Origin: Anolis carolinensis
Taxonomy: Eukaryota
DNA length: 64,000 bases
Assembly: GCF_035594765.1 (NCBI RefSeq)
Contig: NC_085841.1
Location: 368,517,252 to 368,581,251, forward strand
Direction: 5' to 3'
The position numbers were made by a program, and so were the translations under genes. The notes beneath the pieces are model-generated. The model made no database searches and was not told where the DNA came from. It saw nothing but the letters and a program-made list of their open reading frames with translations. Of this stretch, positions 1 to 13,040 are shown piece after piece; the stretch's first letter is position 1, and each line of letters begins with the position of its first letter.

Positions 1-179
1 TTTAGGTAGCATCTCGTTTCCTGCCATTTGGATCCGTTGTCCCCTTGTGTCTCCGGAACAGCAGAAAACTAGCTTGCCCCTTCCTTCCTCCTCAATGGGA
101 CATCCTGCCAAGGATTCCAACATGGCCCTAATGCCCCTGCTTAACCTTCTCGTCTCCAAGATAAACATCTCCATCCCTA

Positions 180-375
180 GGTTGCTGTGAGTTTTCCAAG
201 CCGTGGCCATGTTCCCTCTTGACGTTTTGCCCACATCTGCAGCAGGCATCCTCACAACCTCTGAGGATGCCTGCCATAGGTGTGGGTGAAACGTCAGGAG
301 AGAATGGTTCTGGAACAGGGCCGGAAAGCTCACAGCAACCCAGTGATCCTGCCATGAAAGCCTTCAACCACACAT
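180..375. mobile_element. Penelope-like element terminal repeats, inverted pair
   Basis: A minus-strand copy (~180-254) abuts a plus-strand copy (~251-372) of the repeat that is attached to GIY-YIG fragments elsewhere in the window. Confidence 0.75.
258..298 (+). ncRNA. Minimal type I hammerhead ribozyme motif in a Penelope terminal repeat
   Basis: cct-CTGAGGA(261-267)-t-gcctgc/gtgggt helix II-GAAA-CGTC-agg. Helix I is cct/agg and helix III is the palindrome ACGT. Predicted cleavage after C295. Confidence 0.75.
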
Positions 376-685
376 CTCCATCTCCTTTAGAGGGATTCCA
401 GTCCAACCAGTCTGGTGCCTCTTCTCTGGACACCTTCCATCTTCTCAAGCTATTTCTTGACTTGCTTTCTCCAGAAACAAACACAATATTACAGGCAAGG
501 TCCAGGAAAAGGACACTAGAATGGGACTGTGACTTCCTTTGATCTTGACTCTAGATTCCTGTAGATCAGACATAGGCAACTGCAGCCGTCCAGGTGTTTG
601 GATGCCTGCCTAGAATCGCATTGGCTTTTTCAGCTCACGCATCACGCTATTAATTCCTGTTCAGCTTGTGACCTACCAAAATTCC

Positions 686-1118
686 TTGCTTAGGTGATTC
701 CCTCATTGTCCAAGTACCATGGCCTTCCAAGTGCAGTGTCTTGGCGGTGGGTACATAGGTGACTGTGAAGCCCTATTCCTGACCCGCATGTTCTTCTACA
801 GTGAGGGCATCTGTTTTCAGGCGGAAGGCGGCCCCGGTTCCTGGCTTGATGTGCCTTCCTCTTGGCATGTTCCTCCCTTCTGCCCTCCATTTGTGCCTCT
901 TTGAATTCCACAGCACTGCTGGTCACAGCTGACCTCCAGTTAGAGCACTCAAGAGCCAGGGCTTTCAAATTCTCAGTGTCTATGCCACAGTTTTTGCAGT
1001 TAGCTTTCAGCCCATCTTTCAATCTCTTTTCCTGCCCACCAACATCCCGTTTTCCATTCTTGAGTTGGGAGTTTTGGGAGACAGTGATTTTTGGGCATTC
1101 GGACAATGTGGCCAGCCC
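686..1118 (-). mobile_element. RTE-clade LINE 3' fragment inserted in a CR1 relic
   Basis: WAGHIVRMP...QLKNGKRDVGGQEKRLKDGLKAN...CPHCRRTCGSGIGLHSHLCTH is a typical RTE C-terminus. CR1 sequence resumes on both sides (aattcct/aactcct possible TSD). Confidence 0.8.
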
Positions 1119-1419
1119 AACTCCTAGGTCCCTTTCACATGGACTTTTCTCAAGCCAGGTGTTCTGCTGCTCCAGAGACAAGGACACAATGGAGCCATGG
1201 GTTCAAATTCCAGGGAAAGACACTCTGCCTAAATGTAAGGAAGAACCTCCCAGTGGAATAATACTATGTAACAACTTCGGAGAGACTTCCTGTCCCTGGT
1301 TTGAAAGTGTTATTTCCTGTTTAATGGTGTGGTCCTTACTTTGTTGGTGGTTGTTCTACTCCAGAAACATTGTTTTTGTGGCTGCCACAAACTAGGTTGA
1401 ATTGGTTGAGACTCTATCA

Positions 1420-1480
1420 CAGGCATGGGCAAATTTCAGCCTTACCTCCAGGAGATAGGGCTCAAATTTGCCCATGCCTG
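1420..1480. mobile_element. 61-bp hAT mini-MITE
   Basis: TIRs CAGGCATGGGCAAATTT / AAATTTGCCCATGCCTG. Perfect 8-bp TSD CTCTATCA (1412-1419, 1481-1488). Confidence 0.9.
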
Positions 1481-2115
1481 CTCTATCAGATATTCATTGA
1501 AACACTGTAGCAACACTTTTTGTAATTCAATACACTTTTCCCTTAAGCAGTGGCTGGACGGCTCTCTCTTGAGACAGATTGGATTGTGAGTCGCATGCTG
1601 CAGAACTGGGATGGATTGGAGGGTCTTGATGGTCTCTATGGTCCCATGGCCTGCAATATGACCACAAGTGACCCTCTCCTGGGCAAGGGCACAGACTGAC
1701 CCCAGAGCCCCCGATTGCACTGCAGCCTCAGCCGGATGCTACGAAGGGCTCAGCAGCCCTGGTTGGGGCCAGGGAAACCTCCGAGCAGAAAAGGATGATA
1801 AATATTTAAGTGCAAGCCTACAAATATCCTTGAGTGCCTTATTCCATGTCTTTGGCCAAGTAGAAAAGCCACCCTGACATTTCTGCAGCTGTTCAGGCGG
1901 ATAAATCTTTGTTTCGTCGTCCCCTGGTTTCAACTGTTATGAAAGAAGCAACAAGACGTGGTGCTGCCATTCGGGTCTTGGAAGAGGTCCCATGGAGGAA
2001 GACCAGGGTTCAAATCCCGCCTCCTCCTCCGCCATAGAAATCCCTGGGCAATGGACTACATAGGGCAGCAGCCATGTTGGGGGGAGGTAGGTCACAAATC
2101 CGTTGTTATTATTAC

Positions 2116-2152
<37 letters not shown>

Positions 2153-3316
2153 GGAGGAGGATCCTGAGATTTGTAGTTCTGGAAAGGAACTTTTCCAAAC
2201 TGGAACTCTGCTCAACTCTTTCAAGGCATCTTTCCTCTGGTTTTCTGTGAGTTTTCTGGGCTGTGTGGCCATGTTCCAGAAGCATTCTCTCCTGATGTTT
2301 CACCCATATCTACGGCAGGCTGCCCAGATGGTTCAGCCACAACCTCCACATCCCCTTCTTAGTGACACAAATGAAGCATTCCTCCCAAAGCCTTTGAAGG
2401 ACAGGCCAGCCCAAACGGTGCATTTCCCCCACCGAAAATCTGAGACATTGAACCGGGAGTGAATCTTTTTCCTTTTGCAGATGAAGCCTTGCTTGGCCTT
2501 CTCCTCCTCCTCCTCCTTCTCTCTCTCTCTCTCTCTCCATCCCCAAAGGCAACAGGTCAATTCCTCATGGTGAAAACTTCCTTTGCTGCTTCTCTAAATG
2601 CACAGCATGGATAGGGAGGGTTTTCCTAAAGCCATTTCACCATTGATTTTTGCAAAATACACTGCAAAAAAAACCCCTCACATTTTTGGCTTTAAGGAGC
2701 TTTAAAAAGATCTATAAGTTATAAATTCCCAGCAAAAGAATGACTCTCTTAGGAAACAAGGGTTGAGACCCCGCAATGAAGGGATAAAATGTCTCTTTAG
2801 CATTGGTGAGTTGAGTGAAGCTCATGCAACTGGACAAGACCCATTCAGGGCCATCCAGTCCAGATCCATTTCTCCCAGGCAGAAAGACACCATCCAAGCC
2901 CTCCAGGCAGATGGCCATACTGCCTTTGTTTACGAGAAGGAGGCTCCACCAGACTCCAAGAAAGCAGCACATTCCACAGTTGAACAGCTCTTACCACCAC
3001 CTACCATTTAAATGTCTTGCTCCCTTGTGTCCTGGTCTCCAGGGAAGCAGAGAGGACTCCAATGGGACCCCCTTTCAGACAGTGTTAGAAATGGTGGGAC
3101 CTGAAGTCCAAAACACCTGGAGGGAAAGCCCAAGTTTTCCCTAAGTGACCTTCTGGGGATTGAGCCCCATCATCATCCAATGACCCTCCTCCCTCATTCA
3201 TGGATTGTTCAAAAGGACAGAAACCACGGAGGGTGCAGACATTCAGCCAGCAGCCCCAGGGAGGCTGGGAAACACCTGGGAATTGGAGAAATGGAAGTGA
3301 GGTGAAATGTAAAGCT

Positions 3317-3675
3317 TGTTGAAGTGGGAATGATTGTATATAGAGTTGTTTAAATGTAATTGGGTTATAGTGGTGCAATGTGAGCTGGAGATTGCATCAT
3401 GCACTGTCTGCTGTCCACTATGCGAGTGTGTAAAGAGTTAACTGTGTATTGCATCAGACAGCAGAGGTGGTTATAAATAGCTCCCTGTGTTATCTCCTCT
3501 GCCCTCTGCTCTCTGCCTCTCTACACTCTGTATGTATATATCGTCTTGAAAGTTTTCCGTTTGTTAGTAAATCTTTTGTAGAAAGCCAAACAGGCTTCAG
3601 CCTCTTTATTGGTGCCAGTGATTCTTCGTTGATCTTCTGCTGCATGTGTGTTTATCCAAACTTCGCACTCTGACA
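3317..3675 (+). mobile_element. Solo LTR (359 bp), LTR retrotransposon
   Basis: TGTT...TGACA termini, perfect 5-bp TSD AAGCT, internal TATAAATA (~3472) and AGTAAA (~3566). Confidence 0.85.
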
Positions 3676-5074
3676 AAGCTGCTCTTGCAACAAAACCAGC
3701 TGAGATCAACTGGGAAGAAGAGGCAAATGTCAGAAGCAATTAGGGCAATAAATGTGTGAGCAAAAGATGGTGGCAGGTGGATTTAAAGTGGATCCATGCT
3801 TTAGTCACATGTGATGAGGTCCTGAGATTTCTCTCAATCTGGACACTATATTGATGCGGCCAAGGAGTGCCTTGTCTGGGGTCATCATTGCCCACCCCCC
3901 CCACACACACACACACACACACGTACACAGTGACAGGAGAGGGCGGGTGGAGGAACCATCAGCCTTAACTGGAATTTCTGAGGGAGGCGCGTGGCTCTTG
4001 GGGCGGCTGTTGAGAGCGCCACATAAAATGATCTGATGGCCTCCCTCAAAAGGCAGCTCCGGAGACCGTAATTCAGACCAATCTCATTTTGCCATGAACT
4101 TTTCTGCCCCTTGGAATGACAATCATGGCAGGTTTTGCTGAGCTGTGAAATGTGTTTGAGATGAGAGCTCCCCAGAGGAAAAGGCAGAGAGATTTGCAAA
4201 AGTGCTGAGGCTTCGCATTCAGCCTTGGAGTGATGCAGGGGGTGAAGAGGTGGACGTCCAGTGGCTGGAGAGGGGCTGCACCCCCTTTTCCCCTTGAAAG
4301 AGACCCCCACAAACCGCCTTCGTGCACCCCTTACATTGCTAAATGTCTTTATTCATCACAACTACAAAAACATTTTTGAAATATACAATGTATATATTAA
4401 TACTAATAAACAACCATCCTAACCTCTACTCCATAAAAAACAACAGCTGGAGAGCAAAAAGAAAAGCAAAATAGAGCCTGGCTTCCAGTCTCCCAGCCAG
4501 AGATGTGACTTGTCTCGAGTGCTACCTGGGAAACTCTCTTCCTCAGTCTGGGTGATGCAGGCAAGCGTCTTCTGAACGTGATTTCGGCTGTGCCTCAGAG
4601 GGTTGGAAGAGACCACAAGGGCCATTCAGCCCAAACACTAAAACTGATGATCTGCTTCCATTTTCTCTCAAATGTGTTTTTAAAACTTTTCCTATATTGG
4701 ACTTTTGATTACAAAGAAAAACGTAAGAGGGAAGAAGATGGCAAAGAGAAAAGATATGAAAATGAGCTCAGGCCACACATGGCTAACCAGGCATTTCCAG
4801 AAAGGCCTTTTCCTGAGGCAGGTGGCCCTCAAATCCACCTCTGTGCCTGGCGAATGCAGGACACTGAAGGACGGGGAACGGAAAGGTCCCTTTTTCCAAC
4901 CTTGTGGCTCTTTGTGCAGCTACAGATTCCTGCGGGATCCAGACTTTTCCACTGATGGCAACGTGGTGCTCTTCCTATCTCACTTGGATGCCATGCCATA
5001 GGAAGGCCGTTGCCCCGCTGAGGAGGGTGCAGGAGGCTTTGGGATCCTTTCTGGACCTGAGGATGAGAATAGAA

Positions 5075-6097
5075 TTGAGAGATGGGCCAAAACTAAAAAA
5101 TGAACTTCAACAGGGAGAAATTTATGGAATTACCTTCAGGCAATCAAAATGCAATGCACAGATATAGGATAGGTGGCACCCGGCTTGGAAACAGTCCTTG
5201 TGAAAGGGATCTGGGAGTCTAGTGGAGCATAAACTGAACATGAGCCAAGAGTGTGATGGGGCAACTATAAAAAGGCCAAAGTAATACTAGGCTGCATCAA
5301 GCGGAGTCTAATGTCGAGATGGAGGGAAGTCCTGGTGCCTTTCTCTTCTGCTTTGGTCAGGCCCCCTCACCTGGAGTAACAGTCCTGGGTCCAGTTCTGG
5401 GCAAATACATTCAAGAAGGATATTCTCAAATAGAAGGGTCCAGAGAAGGATGAAAGATCTGGAAGCCACGAAGCATGGATCCCTCTGAGGAGCGGCTGAG
5501 GAGATGGCAGAGATTCCACTCCAAGGACACTCTCCAAGGTGCTGAAGCTTCAGGGCAAGAAGAAAACTGGGGCTGCAATTCGGCAGTTCAAGGCAAAGCA
5601 ATTCAAGAAAGAGAAGGAGAAGGTGAAAGTTGTCCTGAGAAGGGCCACCAAAACGGTCCAATGTATGGAAACTATCATTCATCCCCACAAGAAACATCTG
5701 AAGGAGCTGAGTATGTTTCGCTTTGGAGGAGAGAACATTGAAAAGGGACGAGAGAGCCAAATTTCAATATCTGAAAGAATGTCATATTGAGGAGGGGGAG
5801 GGATTTATATTCTGGTGCTTCAAGACTAAGACATAGTCAAGTAATTGATCCAAATGACAGGAAACAAGATTCCAATTCATCATTAGGAAGAACTTCCTGA
5901 TGGCAAGAAGAACTGTTTGATGTTGGAATAGTCTTCTGCCCTGGAGTCCGATGAGGCCTCCCTCCTTCTCTGGAGGTTTTTAAGCAAAGGCTGGGTGGCC
6001 ATCAGTCTGTAGAGCTTGGGTTGTGCCTTCCTTTATGGCAGAAGGAGCTTGGACTGGATGACCTTTGGAGGCCCCTTCCAGCTCTCTGATTCTATGG
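5075..6097 (+). mobile_element. Degenerate CR1 LINE 3' portion
   Basis: Matches the CR1 ORF2 C-terminal region and 3' UTR seen intact at 55274-56242. Ends in a ...tgattctatg tail. Confidence 0.8.
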
Positions 6098-6944
6098 TTC
6101 ATTGAGAGAACCTTTCATTTGGCTTATACCAGGCTGCATCACTGAGTGATCCTGGGGCCACCCTGAGAACCTTACTTAGAGAACAAAAGAAGGGCCTGAG
6201 TGTCTTGTTTGCCAACACCACACCCACTTTCTCTGTGGCATCAGGGCGAGAGGAAGGTCAAAGCGGTTCTTCAGCTGAGTCACACTGCCAGCAGGCTTTC
6301 CATGTGCACCACATCACTGCAAAGGGCTCTGAAGGTTTTTGACTTTGGGCAAACATATGTGGCACCGTGCTCTGAATCATGATTGGATCTGAAATGCTCT
6401 TCTCCAAGAGGAGAAAAGGCCTCAGTAAAGTGATGAGGATGATGGCCCCATCTGGCTGCAGCGGTGGGTGGCCCAGGACCAGTGAGGGCGGGGGGCGGGG
6501 GGGAGGCCACGCTCTGGGAGAGAGAGAGACAGGCTGGGACCGAACATCAGTCTGGATTGGGGTAAGCCACCCGTGCAGTTACTCAGGGGTTGTGCTGCAT
6601 CCTGTTGTGCCAAATGTTGCAACTGCACAACTGCTCTTAGTGCCTCTGCCCCAGTGTGCCACTTGAGATAGCGATGCATGGGCTCTGTTTTGGCAAGGCA
6701 TCCGACGGGGCACTGAAGGCACTGAGGAAGAGCTGCATGCGCCATCCAGGAATGCACAGCTGCATGTGCCACAACTACGCTTGTGTAGTCTTGTTTCTCC
6801 CAGCATGAATAGTATATATTTGTTGCGTAAATGCCCAAAACGGTACAGTTCATGTGTGCATTTGACACCAACAGGGTTTGGCCACAGTTGCCACCCTCCT
6901 CTGCTTCTCCTCCGCATGGGCACCTTCAGGACAATGCAGCCAAA

Positions 6945-7230
6945 AGGTTGTTGTGTGTTTTCCGAGCTGTATGGCCATATTCCTCACAACCTTTGAGGAT
7001 GGCTTGATGTGCATGTGTGCATGTGTAGGAGTGCATGATGCAATCTCCAGCACACATTGCACCACCATGACTCAATTACATTTAAACAACTCTATATACA
7101 ATCATTCCTACTTTAACAATAGATGTGGGTGAAACATCAGGAGATAATACTTCTGGAATATGGCCATACAGCCTGGAAAACACACAACAACCCTGTGATC
7201 CCGGCCATGAAAGCCTTCGGCAACACAGTG
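6945..7230. mobile_element. Penelope terminal repeats interrupted by an inverted 5' fragment (~7030-7118) of the LTR family at 3317
   Basis: 7030-7118 is the reverse complement of the first ~90 bp of the 3317 LTR. The Penelope repeat resumes at 7119 (atagatgtgggtgaaacatcagg). Confidence 0.75.
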
Positions 7231-8089
7231 CAGCCAAAGTCTCACCTGAGCCTATGCACACTTCTGCAGGGACCCCACTCACCCCCTCCTCCTCCTCCTC
7301 CTCCTCTTGCTCTTCCTCCTTGGAGAACCACTGGCAGCCTGGCACAAGGAGGCTTTGCATTTAACAGCCCTGCCAGCCAGCTGTTTCAATTCTTCCAGCA
7401 ATTAAATGGATTACAGTGGAAAATTAGATCTAATATTTGTTCAGGGTGAAATAAGCCAAAAATTGGCAGCCTGTGTGGCGTGGCAAAGTTGGAACTGGCT
7501 GTGCGAATGGACAGAACGAGGAAGGAAGGCAGAGAGAAGGGGGCAGAAAGGGAAGGCAAACTGGGAATGGGGTGCGGAAGGGGCCAGGCACCATCCACAG
7601 GCAGCACTCCCCTCGTCTTCCTCCTCCTCTTCCTCTTCCTCCTCCTCCTCTTCTTCCATCTGCCCCCAGGAGAGCGCATCCACACACACAAACCCGCAGG
7701 ACCCCTGGAAAAGGCCCCAGGCCGAGCTTCCGTGTGAGCATTGCACACAAAGGTCTGCTCCATTGACACATTTGGTGTCTGGTTCAGTTGAGCTGCATTG
7801 CCATTCAGCACAAGCAGTGTGTAGCACAATTAAGGCATTATTCTATGTTAGAATATTCATACCATAGTTTTGTGCTTTGGGCAAGTGTGTATATTCATGT
7901 GTTTAATTTCAATAGGTGCTTAGTTCTAGCCTTTGTAGTTGGAGGTGAAATGTAGATGTGTCGTTCTTAAAAACATAGAACTTTATTTTTAAAAAGAAGA
8001 TTCATATCATGGATCCTTGATGTAGTATTTTGGTGAGATAGAGATGTGTTTGTGAGTGTGTGTATATATATCAGACACACTACACACAC

Positions 8090-8380
8090 AGAGTAGACTC
8101 TCGGTTAACTGGAGCTCAAGCAACCAAAACTCTCAAACAACATGGGAAAATTAAAATTGCCTCCTGCCTTCACAAAGCTGTAAAACTGTATTAGGCTAAA
8201 TTATGTTTCTCTTTATTTGTCTTAATGTGCTTTAAATAATTGTATATCAATATCAAATCAATACAGAGTTATGGTATGGCATAGCATAGGATATAGTGTG
8301 AGTTAGGCTTATTTCTAAGATTCACTCTCAGGCAACCATTTATCCGGCCTCTACCCAGGCATCAACAGAGAGTCTACTCT
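8090..8380. mobile_element. Tc1/mariner (pogo/Tigger-like) MITE
   Basis: 17-bp TIRs AGAGTAGACTCTCGGTT / AACAGAGAGTCTACTCT (1 mismatch) around an AT-rich interior. Confidence 0.65.
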
Positions 8381-8660
8381 CCTACGTGTACAAACACAGA
8401 CACATATAGACAGAGCCATTGCAAAACATGGATGAATGGCTAGTCTCCTGTTTCTCAAAATTGGTTTCTCCTTCCCAACAGCAGCAGCCGAGTGACAAGG
8501 AGAGCCCTGGCACAGGGACCAGGAAGAAACGTGGGCTGGAGCTGGATGGCCATGTGCTGAATTGGGTTGATAATGCCATGATGCCGGAACCATTCCTCAA
8601 ATACACAATTCCACAACATGGAAGCACACACACACACACATTCCTCCTGGTTGTTCTAAC

Positions 8661-8704
<44 letters not shown>

Positions 8705-9850
8705 GGACCCCTGTAATGGAATGGCAGGGAGTGACTGGGAAAGGGGGGGGCTCCCCTTCTGCCCTTCCTTGCCAAAGCCATTCTGCCTCCCAGTGAAGAG
8801 CATCTAAGGCAAGGCGGGCACAGAGCGGAGCATGTCTGCGGTGGGTGCTCAGCCCTTTGCTGATGAGAATCAAATGGAAATGACAATTAGTCACTTACAC
8901 AAAGATAGCGAGAGGAGGAGAAGGGACCCCCCTTCCCCATTACACCAAATTTAAGGGGGGGGGGGGGTAATGGGCTAGATTAATTAGCCAGCTCATCCTG
9001 ATGCCAACTGGCAGGCAGGCAGGCAAGGGGGGGGGGGGGAGGCTCCTCTTTGCAAACCACTCTGGGACCAACAGCTGGAACAGCTGGATTTGGGTGTCCT
9101 TGCCTCTCCTGCACGGGGCAGCCAGATGTGAGCAACACAATGCCAACTGGCCTGTCGGAAGTTCCCCCAAGGAAGCACTGCTTCTGGTGAAGTCTAGAAG
9201 TTGTGTATGAGGTGGTTTTGTGCATTAGGTTCCAAGGGTGAAGGATCTGCACATGGATGGGCACACTGAGCGCCCTCGTTCAGTGGCTCATTGTTGCCAT
9301 TCAGTAGGAGCGCTGCCTCCCGAAACCTATGCACAAGTCTGTATGCAAAGATGTTCCACAAGAAGGTCCCATCCATCAAGGCCAAATAAGTAGAAAGGCA
9401 GTATCAGCTTCACTAGAAGCGCCAAGCCACGTGCCCTTTGTGCATCCGGAGGAAGAAGGTGCTATTCAGGACCTTTATCCTTTATGACTTGGACAATGAT
9501 GGGACAAAAAGAACCCTCACATACATCTGTTGTGTGTGCTTCAATTGTGCTTTTCCTGCAAGGCAGAAGTGGGTGGGACCAGATGGCCCATGTGGCCTCT
9601 TCTAGGATTCTTTGACCTGGGCAAGTCTCTCTCTCTCTCAGCCTCAGAGAAAGGCAAGGGCAACTGTCCTCTGAACAACAGCATTGCCAGGAAAACTGAT
9701 TTTATGTTTTGTCCTCTTGCAATGTCATTGATTTTATTGAGATATGCTTTAATCTATGTTTGATTTTAATCTTTGTTGGGTCCCCATGTAAGCCTCCCTG
9801 AGTTCCTTCGGGGAGATAGAGGCAGGATATAAAAATAAAGTAGTTATTAG

Positions 9851-9972
9851 TAAAAGGTAAAGGTTTCCCCTGACATTAAGTCCAGTCATGTCCATCTCTG
9901 GGGGTTGGTGCTCATCTCCATTTCTAAGCTGAAGAGCCGACGTTACCCATAGACACCTCCAAGGTCATGTGG
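9851..9972 (-). mobile_element. Sauria SINE 3' part, cut by the assembly gap
   Basis: ggtaaaggtttcccctgacattaagtccagtc..., the same as the complete copy at 58196-58518. Confidence 0.85.
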
Positions 9973-10104
9973 NNNNNNNNNNNNNNNNNNNNNNNNNNNN
10001 NNNNNNNNNNNNNNNNNNNNNNNNNNNNNNNNNNNNNNNNNNNNNNNNNNNNNNNNNNNNNNNNNNNNNNNNNNNNNNNNNNNNNNNNNNNNNNNNNNNN
10101 NNNN
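9973..10104. other. Assembly gap (132 N)
   Basis: Run of N. Confidence 1.
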
Positions 10105-10698
10105 GCCTTAGGGCCTCTCACCCTCCAGTTCTTCCCAATGTCTTTTGCCAACAACGTCTCCTTTCCTATTTCTCCTCCCTTCTTGAGTGCCTCCCCCCCC
10201 CCCCCAATTTCCTCTCAGGCAGAAAGACTTATTACATTTCCCTTGCGAGAATTTCCCTTGCTAGAATTTATGCCGCCATTGACTTTCTCGACTGTTTGGA
10301 TCACCTTTCCGATTTCCACCCTAAAATATTCCTATTCCAGTTTTAATGGCTTGTTAAATCACTCCTCTTTAATTGAGGCCCTGTCCTTCCAGGGCCACCC
10401 TCCCTCCCTCCCTCCCTCCCTCCCTGCCTCTGCTCCAGGGAAGGTTTCTCTTAAAGGAGCCTCCTGCAAGAACCCACCCCCTGTTCCCTGAAGCAAAGTT
10501 GGAGCCCTCAGCCATGAGGGATAGAAGCTCCTCTCTCCACCATTGGGATCTCCTTGACCTCTAGGGTGGGACTCGGGCCCATGGAGCCCCTGTGCCCACA
10601 GGAACCGCCCTGAAAAGGGAAGGGCTTTCAGACTTTGGTGGAAGTGCAAGGGCCCAGCAGAATCCCAGGGTTGGAAGGGACTTCCAAGGGGCAACTAG

Positions 10699-11037
10699 TA
10701 GACATGTGCATTTCTTTTCTTTGTCCTCGTAAGTTGTATCAAATTTGTTTCATTCGTACTTATGAGACGATATCCGATGCATGGACTTAAGAATTGAAAC
10801 TTCCCTAATACTTTTTTGTTTGCATTTTGTAAATCTCAGAATCCTTCCAAAGTCAGTTTCATTTTCAGTGCAATTATAGTATTATGCGCAATGACTATAA
10901 TGAAAAAGTTACAAAATTTCGCTCCTCTCGTTATAGTAATGACATTTTCACTAACTATACTTTAGAAACAAAATGCCAGCGCCCCCTAATTTTGTAATGA
11001 GCTTTGAAACATTTTTTTTATTTATTGCACATGCCTA
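10699..11037. mobile_element. hAT MITE with TAG-type TIRs inserted in a CR1 3' UTR
   Basis: TAGACATGTGCA...TGCACATGCCTA termini. 8-bp TSD GCAACTAG/GTAACTAG (7/8). Confidence 0.75.
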
Positions 11038-11337
11038 GTAACTAGTCTAACCCCCACCCCACCCCCACCCCCCGCTTCCATACAGACAATGCTCTTTCAG
11101 GAATTGGACCGCTGTTGCAAAATGCCTCTGGCCAAGTCTCTGGGCAGGAAGGTCTTCCCTTGAGTCCTCTCCAGTAAGACTGCCATGGAACCAAACTATC
11201 CTTGGAAGAAACTGACATGAACCCAACTGTGCCTATCAAAGGAAAGAGGCTTAGCAAAGCCACTCTTGACCTCTGCCATGAAGGACGGTGAATCCAGTGC
11301 CAGCTTCAGAGCCCAGAGTCAATGGAAGGGCAGGACG

Positions 11338-11398
11338 TCCTTCCTTCCTTCCTTCCTTCCTTCCTTCCTTCCTTCCTTCCTTCCTTCCTTCCTTCCTT
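11338..11398. repeat. (TTCC)n microsatellite
   Basis: Seen directly. A similar tract lies at 55214-55273. Confidence 0.95.
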
Positions 11399-11984
11399 CT
11401 TTTTTTCCTTCCTTCCTCCCACCCTCTCTTTGCCCCCTCCCTCCTTTCCTTGGGGACCACAGCACTCCATTTTTATTGTTGTTGTTTCTTGTTTGCAATT
11501 CCAGGAGACAGGGATGCTGAATCAGAATTTGGGTTTTACTTACTAATCCCATTTTTTTGTTCCGCACGAAGGCAGAGCGGAGTCTCCAGTGAGCCGTTGG
11601 AGCGCCATGAAAATGTGAGCATTTATTAAAGGCAATAATAAAAACAATTCATGCCAGGAAGAAGAAGAACATGAATAGAGGAGAGGCTGCAAACACATGC
11701 CGGGCGGCAATCTGCCATCCTCACAGCAAGGGCACCAGAGAAGGGGGTCGCAAGGGTATCCTTATGGGGCAAAATGGGGACATTGCCCCACAAATAGGAA
11801 TTCCGCCCTCCTCTCTGCCAGGTGTCTTCATTCCACACACGTCTACCTTGGCAGAGTGCAGAAGAACCAAAAGCATTGCCAACTAGACTTCCTCCTCTAT
11901 CTGTTGTCCCCACGACTGCCTCTTTGGATGCCTCAACCATATTTCAGTGCCCAATTGAAGTTATAGCTGCAATGCTCATGTTCT

Positions 11985-12735
11985 TACAATTGGAAGAGGC
12001 CCCAAGGGCCATCCAGTGCAACCCCTTTCTGCCAGGAAGGAAGACACCACTAAAGCCCTCCTGGCAGATGGCCATCCAGCCTCTGCTTAAAAACCTCCAG
12101 AGAAGGAAGGAGACCCCATTAGATTCCAAGGCAGTCTACATTCTGTGGTCTAACAGCTCTTACTATCAAGAAGTTCCTTCCTAATGTGTAGGTGGAATGT
12201 CTTTCCTTGCAGTTTGAATCCTTGACTCCGTTGTGTCCTAGTTTTCAGATCAGCAGAAGCCAAGTCTTTCCCTCTCCTTAAAGGGACCTCCTCAACATGC
12301 CTCTCGTGCCCCCTTCTCCCAGCCTTCTTCTCCCAAGCCAAACACTCCCACCTCCCTTAGCTGCTCCTCAGAAGGATTCAGGGTTTCCAGACCTTTGGCC
12401 ATTGTGGTGGCCCTTCTCTGGACACCTTCCAGCTTGTCAACATCCTTTTTGAGTTCTCTTGCCCAGAACAGGACACAGGGTTATTCCAGGTGAGAAGGTC
12501 TGTCCAAAGCAGAAGAGAGGGGGACTAGAACATCCCCTGATCCAGACATTATACTCCTATTGATGCAACCTAGAATTGCATTGGCATTTCCCCCTATTGC
12601 ATCACACTGTGGGTTCATGATCAGCCTGTGGTCCACTGAGACTCCTACATCCCTTTCACATGGACGGTTTTCAGGTCAGGTATCCATCCTATATCAGTGC
12701 ATTTCATTATCTGTGTCTAACTGGAGCAACATGCA
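11985..12735 (-). mobile_element. Degenerate CR1 LINE 3' portion
   Basis: Reverse complement of the CR1 ORF2 end and 3' UTR (e.g. GFKLQGKTFHLHIRK). Confidence 0.8.
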
Positions 12736-13040
12736 TTTCTCAAACTCGGTTTCTTAAAGGCTGAGGGTTGAGTTATGCAGGCGGATGTCACGACAACCAG
12801 GAGCCAAGCCTCAATGTTCTGAACTCCAGGTGCATAATTCAGCCCCCAGCCCTAAGGAAGAAAGCAAATTGGAGAAATGTCGAATCAAGTTTCATGTTGA
12901 GGGGTTCCCTGGATGGTAGGCTTCATTTGCTTCAGACACACAACGCACGCCCTCTTCATTCATTTGGGGCTTCACTCCTTTGTTTCATTAGGTCCAGGGA
13001 GACCCCAAGTCAAGGTGAGGGTGCCTCTGACCCTCAAGAG

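Noticed and set aside
2103-2167. Poly-Ser/Asp/Ile/His/Met/Glu ORFs here and at 8660, 24790, 48640 and 62290
   Set aside because: Translations of trinucleotide microsatellites.
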